Below, in pieces: positions 27,289-40,086 of a DNA stretch of 64,000 nucleotides. Each line of letters starts with the position of its first letter. The stretch's first letter is position 1. The notes under the pieces are model-generated. The model worked only from the letters and a program-made list of their open reading frames with translations, had not been told where the DNA came from and made no database searches. Source of the stretch: the human T2T-CHM13v2.0 reference genome, Homo sapiens. The stretch lies in the NCBI RefSeq assembly GCF_009914755.1, contig NC_060933.1, one strand, 5' to 3'. The position numbers and the translations under genes are program-made.

Positions 27289-28018
27289 TGTTTAAAGTCC
27301 TTTATCCTGCAGGTTACATAAGTCAAATGAAGAGTATTCAAGTGTGTGCTATAATCGTTCTATTTTCACAAGCTATGATCAATAAAGAAATGTAAACTAT
27401 TCCTGGATTTTCCAGACATAATTATGACCCTTTAAAAGTTATTTTTTTTAGAAAAATTACCCATTTATTTTCACCAACACAAAAAAATCTACCATGATCA
27501 CTACATTTGTTACCTATAGCCTCACATTGTTCTTTCACTCCTTATTTTTTGTCTCTATATCCTTATTTTATACAACTTTTCCTTTCTGAATGCAACTTCA
27601 TCCCAAATACCATTCAAATTTCTTTATGATCTCACATTGTCATCTCTTAATGTTTTAAACAGATTTATTAAAGTAGAATTGACACAAGATAACCATCCAT
27701 ACTTAAAATATACCATCAAATACATTTTAACATATGAATAAAACTGAAAAATCATGACACACAAGATAATAAACACAATCATCAACTCCAAAGTTTCACA
27801 GGCTTCATTGGGCTCTCTTATTAACCTTCCCACTCCATACACTGATTTTCAGGGAACCACAGATCAGCTTTCAGTCACCATAAGATTCCCTTATTACCTC
27901 TTTAATATTTCTAGATTGTGTAATTAAATCATCTCTCTTATTTCTGATTTTGGTAATTTATGAACTTTCTGTTTTTTGACCAGTTTGACTACAGATTTAT
28001 CAATTTTATTGATCTTCT

Positions 28019-28482
28019 CAATGGCTGGCACCCTTCCCCCAGCCTCGCTGCCGCCTTACAGTTTGATCTCAGACTGCTGTGCTAGCAATGTGCAAGGCTC
28101 TGTGGGCACAGGAACCTCCAAGCCAGGCGCAGGATATAATCTCCTGGTGTGCCATTTACTAAGACTGTTGGAAAAGCGCAGTATTAGGGTGGGAGTGACC
28201 CGATTTTCCAGGTGCCGTCTGTCACAGCTTCCCTTGGCTAGGAAAGGGAATTCTCTAACCCATTGTGCTTCCCAGGTGAGCAGGTGAGGCAATGCCTCGC
28301 CCTGCTTCGGCTCACGCTCAGTGCGCTGCACCCACTGTCCTGCACCCACTGTCCAACAAGCCCCAGTGAGATGAACCCAGTACCTCAGTTGGAAATGCAG
28401 AAATCATCCATCTTCTGTGTTGCTCATGCTGGGAGCTGTAGACTGGAGCTGTTCCTATTCAGCCATCTTGGAACAGCCCCCC
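28019..28482 (-). mobile_element. Isolated L1PA4-6-like 5'UTR (first ~460 nt, internal promoter incl. YY1 site)
   Basis: Reverse complement starts ggggctgttccaagatggctgaataggaacagctccagtctacagctcccagc; no ORF1/ORF2/poly(A). Confidence 0.95.
28021..28287 (+). CDS. LINE-1 ORF0 homologue, 88 aa, open frame; expression unknown
   Basis: MAGTLPPASLPPYSLISDCCASN...IRVGVTRFSRC matches the primate L1 antisense ORF0 (MAGAPPPASLPPCSLISDCCASN...). Confidence is for the homology, not for translation. Confidence 0.6.
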   Translation: MAGTLPPASLPPYSLISDCCASNVQGSVGTGTSKPGAGYNLLVCHLLRLLEKRSIRVGVTRFSRCRLSQLPLARKGNSLTHCASQVSR

Positions 28483-29872
28483 AACTAGGTTTCAATTTAA
28501 CCTGTTTTCTCTATTTTGTGTTTTCTGTTTCATTGATTCCTGATCTCATTTTTATTATTATAATTTATCTGTTTAAATTAAATTTGTTCTTTCTATAGTG
28601 TTGTAAGATGAAATATGAGATTTTCTTTTTTAAAATATCCACTTACTGATATATTTTAAAAATGTTTCTCAAATATTAATAAACTTCTTATCATTTAAAA
28701 CTGAAGCTACATCTCATAAATTATATGTTGCATTTGTATTTTCATTTAATTCAATATGCTCCCTAATTTCCTTTTTGATTCCTTCCTTGAGACACTCATT
28801 ATTTAATGTGTTTAATTTAGTTTCTGAATATTTGGAAATTTTCCAGAGATCTTTCTGGTATTGGTATCTTATATCTCATATATCTATTCACACATTTATC
28901 AGTGTTCTTCATTTATTTGTGGTATCATTTTCAAAACAGTTTATCCCTGAAGATATGTCCTAACTTATATACGATGATATAGCAGAATAATTCAAAACCC
29001 AGTAAGAAATCCGTGTAAACCATATATAATAGATGATATAAATGTAAGAAGATAACACAAAAAATCGTTTAATCAAATTTACATAATATTTTTAATAGAA
29101 TTAAAGTTCATATAATTTTTAACTGAAGTTCCAATAACATTCATGATGAACAAGTAATCAATAAGTATGTTGGTATTTAGCTGCTACCCAGCTCAGTCCC
29201 CCAACATGTGTTTTAGCAATGATCATTTAATGTTAGACCGTGTCACTATAACTAGATATTTATGAAATTTAATTATATTGATTAAATAGTATATTATTAA
29301 TATAAGGTATTTTTGAGGATTTGCAAGTATATAATGGATATATTGCTGTATACACTCATAAATGTCTTTTAAGAAATCATTAAAGTATCTAACCTCCATA
29401 ATGATCCTATTAAACTTCAATTTAATGCCTAGTTAAGTATGCTTAGGGCAAATCATTTAGGCTATGACCATACAGATTAAATGAATTAAAGAATCAAAAT
29501 GTTATCTGAATAATTTTAGCCAAAAGTAAATTTTAAAGTCTAAATTAGCTAGGCCAGATGTCTACTTTAATTGTATATTTTAGATACATCTATATAACTC
29601 TTACGTTATTCTTTTTTCAAAGAGTAAAATTTAAATTTTGTTAAAACTATAATGGAAGATCCTCAAGGTAGAAATCATTTGTTCATTTCTGTACTTCACG
29701 GTTGAACATGGACTAAATGAATTAACAGAATGTATAGAGGTTATGCATAGTAAATTCTAAATAAAAATGGCTAAACCTGAATTAGAAACACTAAATGATA
29801 TTTACATAAAATCAATTTTCAGAGTATAAAATTTTATAGTCTTTATCACAGGTTTTATAAAATATTATTATA

Positions 29873-30194
29873 TGGTCGACCCTTGAACAATACTGGTTTT
29901 AACTGTGCAGGTACACTTAAACACAGGCTTTTTTCAACCAAAGTTACACTGAGTATGTAACTCCTGCTTTCCCTTCTATTAATATGTCCTTCACCTCTTC
30001 TGCCTCTGCCACACCTGAGACAGCAAAACCAACCCTTCCTCCTCATCATCCTCAGCCAACTCAACATGAAGACAAGAAAGATGAAGACCTTTGTGATGAT
30101 CCACTTCCACTTGATGAACAGGAAATACATTTTCTGTTTCTTATGATTTTTGATAACTTTTTTAGCTTATTTTATTGGAAGAATGCAGAATGTA

Positions 30195-30229
<35 letters not shown>

Positions 30230-30380
30230 AGATATTTAAATTGACTTTATTTTGTTAGTAAGGCTTCTTGTCAACAGTTGCTTTTAGTTCTTAAGTTTTG
30301 GGAGAGTCAAAAGTTATATATGGATTTTTGACTGCACAAGTATCACTCCCCTAACTTCCATGTTGTCCAAGGGTAAATTG
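29873..30380. mobile_element. Tigger2-family non-autonomous DNA transposon
   Basis: TIRs gacccttgaacaa / ttgtccaagggt, internal tctgcctctgccacacctgagacagcaa, gatgaagacctttgtgatgatccac. Confidence 0.85.
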
Positions 30381-30713
30381 CATAGTAATAATAATCTTCC
30401 AAGAGTTTTTAATGTAAAATTAACCCAGGAGGCTCTCCTAGTATTGTCTGTGCTTGTATAAATAATGAAGATTTGGACACTAAATACCTTACCTCAGCCA
30501 TAGTAATGTCAACTGTCTAACAAAGTAAGCAAATTTATTGATTATCTCAATAAATATATTAGTCACATTATACACATATTTTTCCTTTCATTATATAAAT
30601 GCCACTCCTCTGGATGCTGAATCATATTTAAAGATTAAAAGTGCATAGAAACTTAACTTGTCAATCCAAAGGGTAAAGTATATGCAAATAAAACCATCAA
30701 AAAGTACAAATAT

Positions 30714-31080
<367 letters not shown>

Positions 31081-33679
31081 CTAGGAAATTATTTCTAAAT
31101 AAAATAATGAAGGAAAAGTTTGTAATAGAAATAAAATTTTACCTTGTTCTTAAAAAATTGGCAATATTTGGAAAATATGGGGATTGTAAAATGAAGAACT
31201 AGGCATACTCCATTAGATTAAAGTTATGATGGTGGAAATATCTATTGTCTGCCCAGGAAACCATGGGCTGTAAGTTTGGCTGAAGTAGAGTACATTAGAA
31301 GGAAAATCATAAAGAAGATGAATTAGCAGATTTCTGCATTTACTGCTGCAATGAGTGAATTAAATGTCAAGATAAGGTGTTCAGACGGTGACGATATTTT
31401 CTAAAGTGAATATTTAGATAATAATTTTTCAGAGAACAAATCATATTTGTTAATTCGAATGTTTCCATCAACTTATAGAACTTAAATATCATTTGTTTAA
31501 ATAAGTTTGAGCATACTTTGAAGGGAAATAAATAAAACCTAAAATATTTCTTCAGAAAACTAAAAGTCTTCCTTATCCCTAACCCACCAAAAAAAAAAGT
31601 AATTTTATTTCTCTAACTTTTCTTGCTATAACAGTACAACAAATGATACAGCAGTATCATTCACCTCAGGCCCCCACTGTTTTTCTGATGCAGCAGATCC
31701 TCCAGTTCTCATGAATAGTGATCTATAATCCCATTGAAGTTGCTATGTTAGTGACTTTACATAAAAGTTACTACTTCAGAAAAAGAAGAGCAGAAAGAGT
31801 TCAGTAATTCTCCATAAGAATTAAATGTTAATGTTGAACTTTTGGCATCAATAAGATCAGTTGATATATCAGTTAGGAATTTGGTCCTAACTGGAAAGTG
31901 GCATAAAATTCAGACCAAAAGTAGCTTCAAGAGGCAATTATTGGTTGATGTGACTGTAATATTAAGTGCAAAGTTAGTTTAAGAAGCAGTTAAATTGAAT
32001 GTTTATGGCCACAGTATTTATTTTCATCACTCTATAGCTCAGCCTCACCTTTTTCCCAATTTATTTTTCTTCTCTTTTCTTCTTTTCAAGCCATTCATAG
32101 CAGCTTTAGAGCTGACACACCTCAGTTTCAATCAAGCTGTACAATGCAGTTTTCTTTCCCAGATGACCCATCAACAGTATTATCTCGTTTCATTGGTATT
32201 TGTCAAAATGGAAAATAGATTTTGATTAAAATTTGATGTAGGGATTTTTTGTGCTTTCAATAATAGTTTTAGGTATGGGAAACTTATGTGGCAACATGAA
32301 ATATTCCTAAGACTTCTCCCTCAACCAAAAAGAATTCTCATATTTTGTTCAATGTCAAATTTAAGACTTCATGAAAGGCTATACCTGCCTTCCCACTTTT
32401 TAGCCTGGGCTCAGCATTTATAACTTACTGTAATATCCCCTTTTACTATACTCCTGCAACTGTTTTATCTCATCAGTCCAGTTGGCCCCTGGTACAATTT
32501 CTGGATCCAGGTACTTCCCCTCATTCTTAATCTGTTCATCTTTACAGTCTACTTTCTTCTGTGTATAGATATTTTAAAAATATTTTTACAAGAATATGTG
32601 GGAAAGTTTTCATTGAAGTAGAAGACTGTATAATATTCATTTTGACTAGAAAGTAAAAAAAAAATCACTTCTAGTCAATAATTGTGTGTAAGATAATGAA
32701 CTAGCTTTCCCCTCTATCTTTCATGCCTCAAAATTCATGGCATCGCAGAAAAATTCAAAGGAGATGTAGTGGAAAACCTTCTTTGTGGCTTTAAGGTAAG
32801 TTTCTCTCTTTTTAAAAGGTATATGAAGACAAGATGCTATTCTTACCATCTTGTTGTCTTTGAGTAATTTTGTTATAAAGTTAGATTTCTGGAGATAACA
32901 GTACAACTTATAGTCAGGAGTCCCATAGGTGGAGAAAAACCAACATGGTAGGGATGCCGGAATGGTAATTTGAACAACAACAAAAAAAACTAACACTCTT
33001 GAAAGTTCAGTTGAGTTACTGAAGTAACTTGCCTTGGAAGAAGTGATCACTGGGCATGCTAAGTAAGATACTGTGTCTATATTCCATAATCCACTTTAAA
33101 TTCAGTAACTTAAAGCTAATTAAAATCTAAAGTATACTAATTCTTAAAGGTGAACCTAGGGCTAACATATTACTGTCCTCATATTTGTATTTCTTAATTC
33201 ATAAAAAATTGAAAGTAGTATGACAATATGAGTCTATCAATTTCAGCTTAACTCAATATTAAGGGAGAAAACTAGTTACATTTGCCATTTTGTACTTCAG
33301 TGGGGCTCTGTTTACCTCAACCCCCCTAACTCTCAATATTTTACCTCTTTCAAGTTCTCTGACTACTACTTTGTTTCCAGGATTATTTCTAAGTGTATGC
33401 CTTATGCTTTGCTCATGCCTTCCTCAAATATCTGGAATTCTCTACCTCAGACCTGTCACCTCTACCTGTGAAAATATTACTTTTGTTCAGTGTTCGTATC
33501 AAATGTCCTCTCTATAATAAGAATTTCCTTACCTCGCCCAATAAAACTGCTTTTCCTTTCTCTGATGTTTGAGAACATCTCTTTCTGTACTTTTCTTATG
33601 CCAATTCTTATATTTTGCTTTAAATTTTACTCTTTCAGAGTTAACATTATTTCAGGTCAAATATTGCATCATATGTACA

Positions 33680-33775
33680 GTGAAATCCTTGAAGAGGGGA
33701 AGATTTTCATGCATTGTTATATCCACCATTCCTGGTACATGGTAGGTGTCTGATAAGTATTTGTTGAATAAATGG
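33680..33775 (+). mobile_element. L2 3' end
   Basis: cctggtacatggtaggtgtctgataagtatttgttgaataaatg. Confidence 0.7.
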
Positions 33776-34594
33776 TATTAGAAGACTGATTTTAAAATAG
33801 ACAAATTTCTCTAAGGCACTGTATTTCCTCAGCTCCTTACCTGAAAAAATTTATATTGCGGGTGCCTCTGAGAGTAGTTACCTCTTTGGATAGAATTAAT
33901 GTTTAGCTTTTGCTTGCTAGAACAATTCAGTCCTGAAAATAGTTATCAGCCATAAAAATAAAGTACAAACATTAACTTTTTTAGAAAACAATTCACTTTC
34001 CCTCTAAGTGGTAACGGATAGAAAAATAAATGAAATTAACATGCTTATCTCTTCTCCCAGCATGGATCTTTAGGTGCTCTGGATGAGTCTGCAAGATTAA
34101 CATGCTAGAATCTCACATAAGAATTGTTCACAGCTCCATGGATGATTTTAAATGTAATTCAGAAATATTATGAAATAATTTAATTTCCTACAAATGAGCA
34201 CAGACATTGCAAGGATTAGAATACAAAATACCACCACTTTTCAGTAAGTATTTGCTGGAATTAAGTTTGCTGTATACAAATATTCTATAATTCAGTATGC
34301 ACTGGTTGCTTTTCTATTACTAGTAGTACTTGGTTTAATTTTTTTCTACACACTGAGGATTCGCAGTCTCTTAATTTAGAGGGGAAGAACCTGCTAGTAG
34401 GACTTCCCTCTCTAAATAGGTTTATCCTAAAGGGGTTATACTTTATGTGCTTTGAGATATACAATTTCACCCCTTCTTATGAATCAGCAAAAATCCAAGG
34501 CCAATGGAATCCAAAAGGAAACAAGTTTTAGGAATGTTCAAATTATTCAATTAAGTTTTCTAACACCATCAATTAGCAAAATAAAGCTGTGAAT

Positions 34595-34715
34595 TGATAA
34601 CATTTATCAAGTGCTTACTATGTCTCAGGCATCATTCTAAGCACTTGTTATGTATTATCTCACTGAAGATCACAGACACAGCCATGGGAAATAAGCTATG
34701 TACCCCTACATTTAG
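34595..34715 (-). mobile_element. MIR fragment
   Basis: aacatttatcaagtgcttactatgtctcaggcatcattctaagcac. Confidence 0.7.
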
Positions 34716-35542
34716 TTCTTGAAAACAAAGAAGAGAGACATACATAGGACCACTCACTTTGCCTCCTGTGATTCCCTAATCTCTATCCTTCACTACAAAT
34801 CATTTTGTAATTGCAAAACGGAGGACAAAAAAAATCTCACCATAAATTTCACATTGTGTTTTAATCAGTGTGCCTACCTGATAATATTCCACCATAAGGA
34901 CTTGAACTCATAATATTCCACCATAGGGACTTGAAAAGTAAGTAGAATTATTACATAAAAGTGGTTTTTGCTTTTTCTAATTTATTCAATATCGCCAAAT
35001 CCATACTAGACAATCTTTAGTTATATTGTCCACAGGATTAACTAACTCATTAGTCCTTCATGTAATAAAATTTAAAAAAGCATAAGAGGAAAAAGGATAA
35101 AACAATTGAAAGTGACTTCATAAAGGACATATTGGGAGTGCAATGAAGTGAGTGGAACCGTTTATGTAGCTGTTGTATTGAGCCGCATATATATGGGTAT
35201 CTCTGAGCTTCAACTTCTCCATCTGTAAAATAAAGGGGATTGGATTCCATTTCTTCTAATATCCATTTAATTTAAAGTAGTGCATGGTATCACATAAGAA
35301 AAAGAAAAATAAACTCATTTTTCCTAAGTCTTAATCAAAATTGAACAAGTCAGTGTTAATTTCTCATGAATATTTTTGAAATAGGGAAATGCAATTTATT
35401 TTTTGGATAATTTTTCCCAGAATAACACTGATATTTTACACTATAATCAAAGAGAGGTTAGTACACTTTGTCTTAAGAGTTCTTTGAAAATACAAATTTA
35501 TATATATTGAAGGAGCAAGTTATTTAAAGATACATAGACTTA

Positions 35543-35872
35543 CAGTCATGTGTCACTTAATGATGAGAATATGTCCTAAGCAATGTGTCCTTAGGTGATT
35601 TCATCATTGTGCAAACATCACAGAGCATACTTACACAAACCTAGATGGTATAAGCTACTACACATGTAGGCTGTGTGATATAACCCATTGCTTCTAGGCT
35701 ACAAAACTGTACAGCATGTTACTGTACTGAATACTATAGGCAATTGTAAATAATGGTATTTGTCTAAACATAGAAAAGGTACAGTAAAAAATACGGTATT
35801 TCAATCTTATAGAAACACAGTCATTGTATATTCAGTCTGTCATTGACTGAAATGTTATAAGGTATATGACTA
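35543..35872. mobile_element. Tigger3a (MER7A-type) MITE
   Basis: ta|cagtcatg...tatgacta|ta termini; ttacacaaacctagatggtata; ctgtacagcatgttactgtactgaatact. Confidence 0.9.
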
Positions 35873-36115
35873 TATATGGATTCTCAGTTGCTGTCATTCA
35901 AGTGTGTTACTGTAATAGCACTAGAAAGGAATCTCACTGGAGTTTTTTGCAAGAGTGAGAAAGTTTGTCCTTCTGTATGAAACAAATAAAGTCACTAAAT
36001 CTGTGAATGTTGACATCTTTTGAATTACACAACCAATATGTTGAGTCACTGACTTCAATTATCAGAGTGTGAAAACAGACTGATCGCGTTGTCGTCCTCT
36101 CTTTTCCCGGTCTAA

Positions 36116-36523
<408 letters not shown>

Positions 36524-36804
36524 ATAAAATGGTATTTTTTAAAGACAAAAATTACAATATACAATTACTTTACTCACCTAGAACCCACACATCTGTCATT
36601 TTCAGTTATTCAGACACTATGAGAAAAAGAACAAGAATAACAGAAATAGGAAAATATCCCTCTAGTCACATAAACCAGTGTCATAAAAGCTATACATTAA
36701 TATCCAGGCTAACAGACAAAATATGGATTTCCAGTTTAGACAACATTAAAAGTTATAGTATAGAAATGACTGCTGGAGACAGATGATATTATAACACCCA
36801 TATA

Positions 36805-37035
36805 TAAACACTTAGTGAGCACTATTTAGTGTGTATTGTCGGCAGTGTTTTACATGCATTAACTTTTTACATCTTCAGCATGACATAATTATTTCTTTCC
36901 ATTTTATAGATTATAAACCTGAGGCACAGAAAGGTGTTATAATTTACCTCAAGTCACACAGCGGTAAATGATGTTGTCACGGTTTAATCTCAGGCAATCT
37001 TAGTATAAAACTAATATATGAAACCATGACGTTAC
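36805..37035 (-). mobile_element. MIR
   Basis: ccattttatagattataaacctgaggcacagaaagg...caagtcacacagc core. Confidence 0.8.
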
Positions 37036-37244
37036 ACTACATTTCTGTCAATAAAAAAGAAATAATTTTAGCCTAAAAATTGAGATGAAATAAATAAGAA
37101 ATATTTAACTACCAATTATGAAAGGAACAAATTGTTAACATATAAACAAAGATTTATCTTTTAATATGTTTTAGTATACTTATCAATCAATTCTTTCAGC
37201 AAATTGTTTTTGCCTTGTAATTATATAATTTGTAAGTATTGCAT

Positions 37245-37400
37245 GACGGGCTAAGCTGCTTAATTTGCTGACCATAAGTTTTCCCACATGTAAAATAGAA
37301 ATGTTTCTATTGCAAAAGATGTTGTGATTATTAAGTGTCTATAAAAGAGTCTAGCACAATGGCATATTTTAACACTTAATACATGGTAGTTACTACTATT
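37245..37400 (+). mobile_element. MIR fragment
   Basis: agttttcccacatgtaaaatag...gatgttgtgattattaag...tagttactactatta. Confidence 0.6.
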
Positions 37401-38019
37401 AATTGTTGGTTAATGACAATGTCATCTTGAATGTGCTCAGATTCTAGTATTAAGATTTGAGTGGGTTTGATCACGTATTTTGCCTAATATGCCAATCAAA
37501 ATAATTATATTTTGTGACTGTTTTATATATAAAGTACATCAATAATACAAGAAAAATTAAAAACAGTAATCTTTTAACAAGAGTTTACAAAAGATTTTTC
37601 CCACCTCAAAAAATATTTAAGAATATAAAATGTCATAATTTATTTTCAGGACTAAAATAAATGACTCAATTTGTGTTCATTAGTAATAGGCGGTTGGTCA
37701 TTTAATGTTATATTCTAAAATGCTGATGCAATGTAAATGCTCACATTAAACATAAATTGCCTTTATCAGAGGCAAACCATTCATTTAGCAGATAACCCCA
37801 GAGTACTGACTATTTTACAATCCCTTGGTAAAATATGTTATAAATATTGAATCTATTTAGAAAAAATACAGTTTCCCATATCAATTCAATCTGAAAAAAA
37901 GATGCTTCCTTAATGAATCTTAAAGTATAAACCATATTAATAAGTAGTGCTAGGTAGCTATTTTTACAACAAATAGTTATAGAATGATATTCACTGCAGC
38001 TATAATTCCATTTTCATCC

Positions 38020-40085
38020 ATTTGAGAGGACTACCTAAAATGCTGGATAAAAAATAGTAAAAACATTCTTGTAATATATGGCTGATATGTTGACTACTAA
38101 GGAAGTTTTAGGTGGCAAGAAAGAAAATAAGTATTGTATCTTGTGTTTGCCCTAAAGGTTTCTGGTAGCTTTAGTAGATTAGAACTTGAGTGTAATTAAA
38201 GCTGCTTCTAGAAAACAGGGACAAAACAGAATCTTTAACTGCATCATAATGATCGATGTGAAAACACTAGACTCATGAGGCCAGGACCGAGGACCCCCAA
38301 GAGACACCACTGTCTGTCAAAGAATACACAGACACACACACACACACACACACCCCCTTATGAAATCAGTTTTTAAAATTTATTTTCTATTTTTTTAAAT
38401 TTAGCACATCCACATACACCTAGAGCTTGTGAAATCTATGAAGGGAGACTGTGTAGATACATAGTCCTCTTCGTCAAGGCTTGTCATGAGAATTTGAATT
38501 AGAATGTTGCACAAAGGAGAGTAAAGGTGAGTAAAAAGCTGGTCTCTGATTGCTAGTATTTCCAGGAGTACGGCAAAGGAACCACAAACCCACTGAGAAG
38601 GAGTTTACTTTAAACTCAGTTTTCAAATGATCTCCACAGAGGAAGTTTAAAAAAATACTGTTGACATTCAAAACTCACTAAAATCATAAGAAAAATGAGC
38701 CAACATGAGTCAAAAGGAAAATAAAACTTAAAAATTAGAACTTCTGAATTCACAAGTGTTGGAATATGAGGAACAGAAAGTTTATGAAAAGTTAAATTTA
38801 AGATATTTAAACAAATTAAAGCAGCATTTTAAAACATAATAAAGCATGAACAATTTATTTAAAAAGCAGAAATATTTAAAAATATAACAGAAATTCTGAA
38901 AAATAATATATATATACATTAAACTTTGAAACACAACATGTATTAGATAACAAAGCATATGTAATTCAAGAGCAAACTAATATGGAAGATATATCTGAAA
39001 AAAATACGTAGAAGATGCTTTAGAGAGATAAAAAGTTGGAGATACTGAAACATCCAAAAACATGAGGGTAAAATGAAGAAGCCAGGAATTCCAGAGGTGA
39101 TGAGAGGAAGAATAAAGAAAATATTGAGAAGATAATGGCTGAAAAATTCCAATATGTATTAAGAAAAGCATTCTACAAGGTCAGAAATCGAATAAATATT
39201 TGTAGAATACGTATTCATGAGATTGAAACTAGAAAATGTTAAAAATAAAACATCAAAAGCAGCCAGCCAAGTGCCCATTATTTACAAAGAAATGTCAATT
39301 AAACTAAAAACTTATTTGCAATTATAACAAGCCACAAGACAGTTAAATTTCATCTTGAAAGACCTAACAGCAAAGAATGGTCAACCAGAATTCTATATTT
39401 AGCAACATCATATTCAAGATTGAGACAAAATAAGAAACATTAAAGAAGAAAGAATCTAGTAAGAAGACATCAATCGATAGATGCAGATTAGAGGGATTTA
39501 CTTCATCAAGAAGAAAAATATTTACAGAAGAATGATCAGAAATGCAAGAGTTATGAAGACAAAAGACCATCTGAAAGGTAGTGGAAATAATGTACAATTT
39601 ATGGTATAACTAAATATAACTAAAATCATTGATGATAAAATAAGATCATGAATCACAGAATGGATAACTGGCACTAATGCATTCAAAATATAGGAGAATA
39701 AAGCTAATGATCAATTTTAGACTGTTGGGTAAATGAATATTTTCCATATTTTACAGTCACAACAGGAAAGAGTAGAAAAACAAATCATAAATTCCAAAGG
39801 AGGAAAAAATGAAAGAAACATTCAATTAGCACAACAGAAAAATAGAAACACTAAATATGAAAAGAAACAAAGAAACATGAATTAAAAAGGAATCAAAGAA
39901 AAACAATAGGAAGAATACTTTTTTCACTTAGAGAAAAAAATAATACAATAGATCTCTATAACCCACCATGAACAGAAATCATGGCCAGATGAATCAAGAA
40001 CTTAAATACAGAAATGGTGATTTTACAACTTATAGGAAACATTGGAGAATAGTTTTAGGATCTCAAGTTAAGGATCTCAAGTTAA
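38020..40085 (+). mobile_element. Very old L1M 5'/ORF1 and ORF2 fragments
   Basis: gaagataatggctgaaaaattcc, tcaaccagaattctatatttagcaa; (CA)n at ~38333-38352. Confidence 0.6.
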
Positions 40086-40086
40086 G

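Larger units (their letters stand above)
27650..28870 (-). mobile_element. Old L1M fragments hosting the L1PA 5'UTR at 28019-28482
   Basis: tttatcaattttattgatcttctcaa | ccaactaggtttc continues the antisense L1M ORF2 order across the insert. Confidence 0.7.

Noticed and set aside
32749-32801. Possible plus-strand exon ending AAG|GTAAGT (frame EKFKGDVVENLLCGFK)
   Set aside because: Weak acceptor, unrecognised peptide, no partner exons
33836-33849. Minus-strand ttttttcAG|GTAAGG recursive-splice-like motif
   Set aside because: Pyrimidine tract is only 6-7 nt; expected by chance
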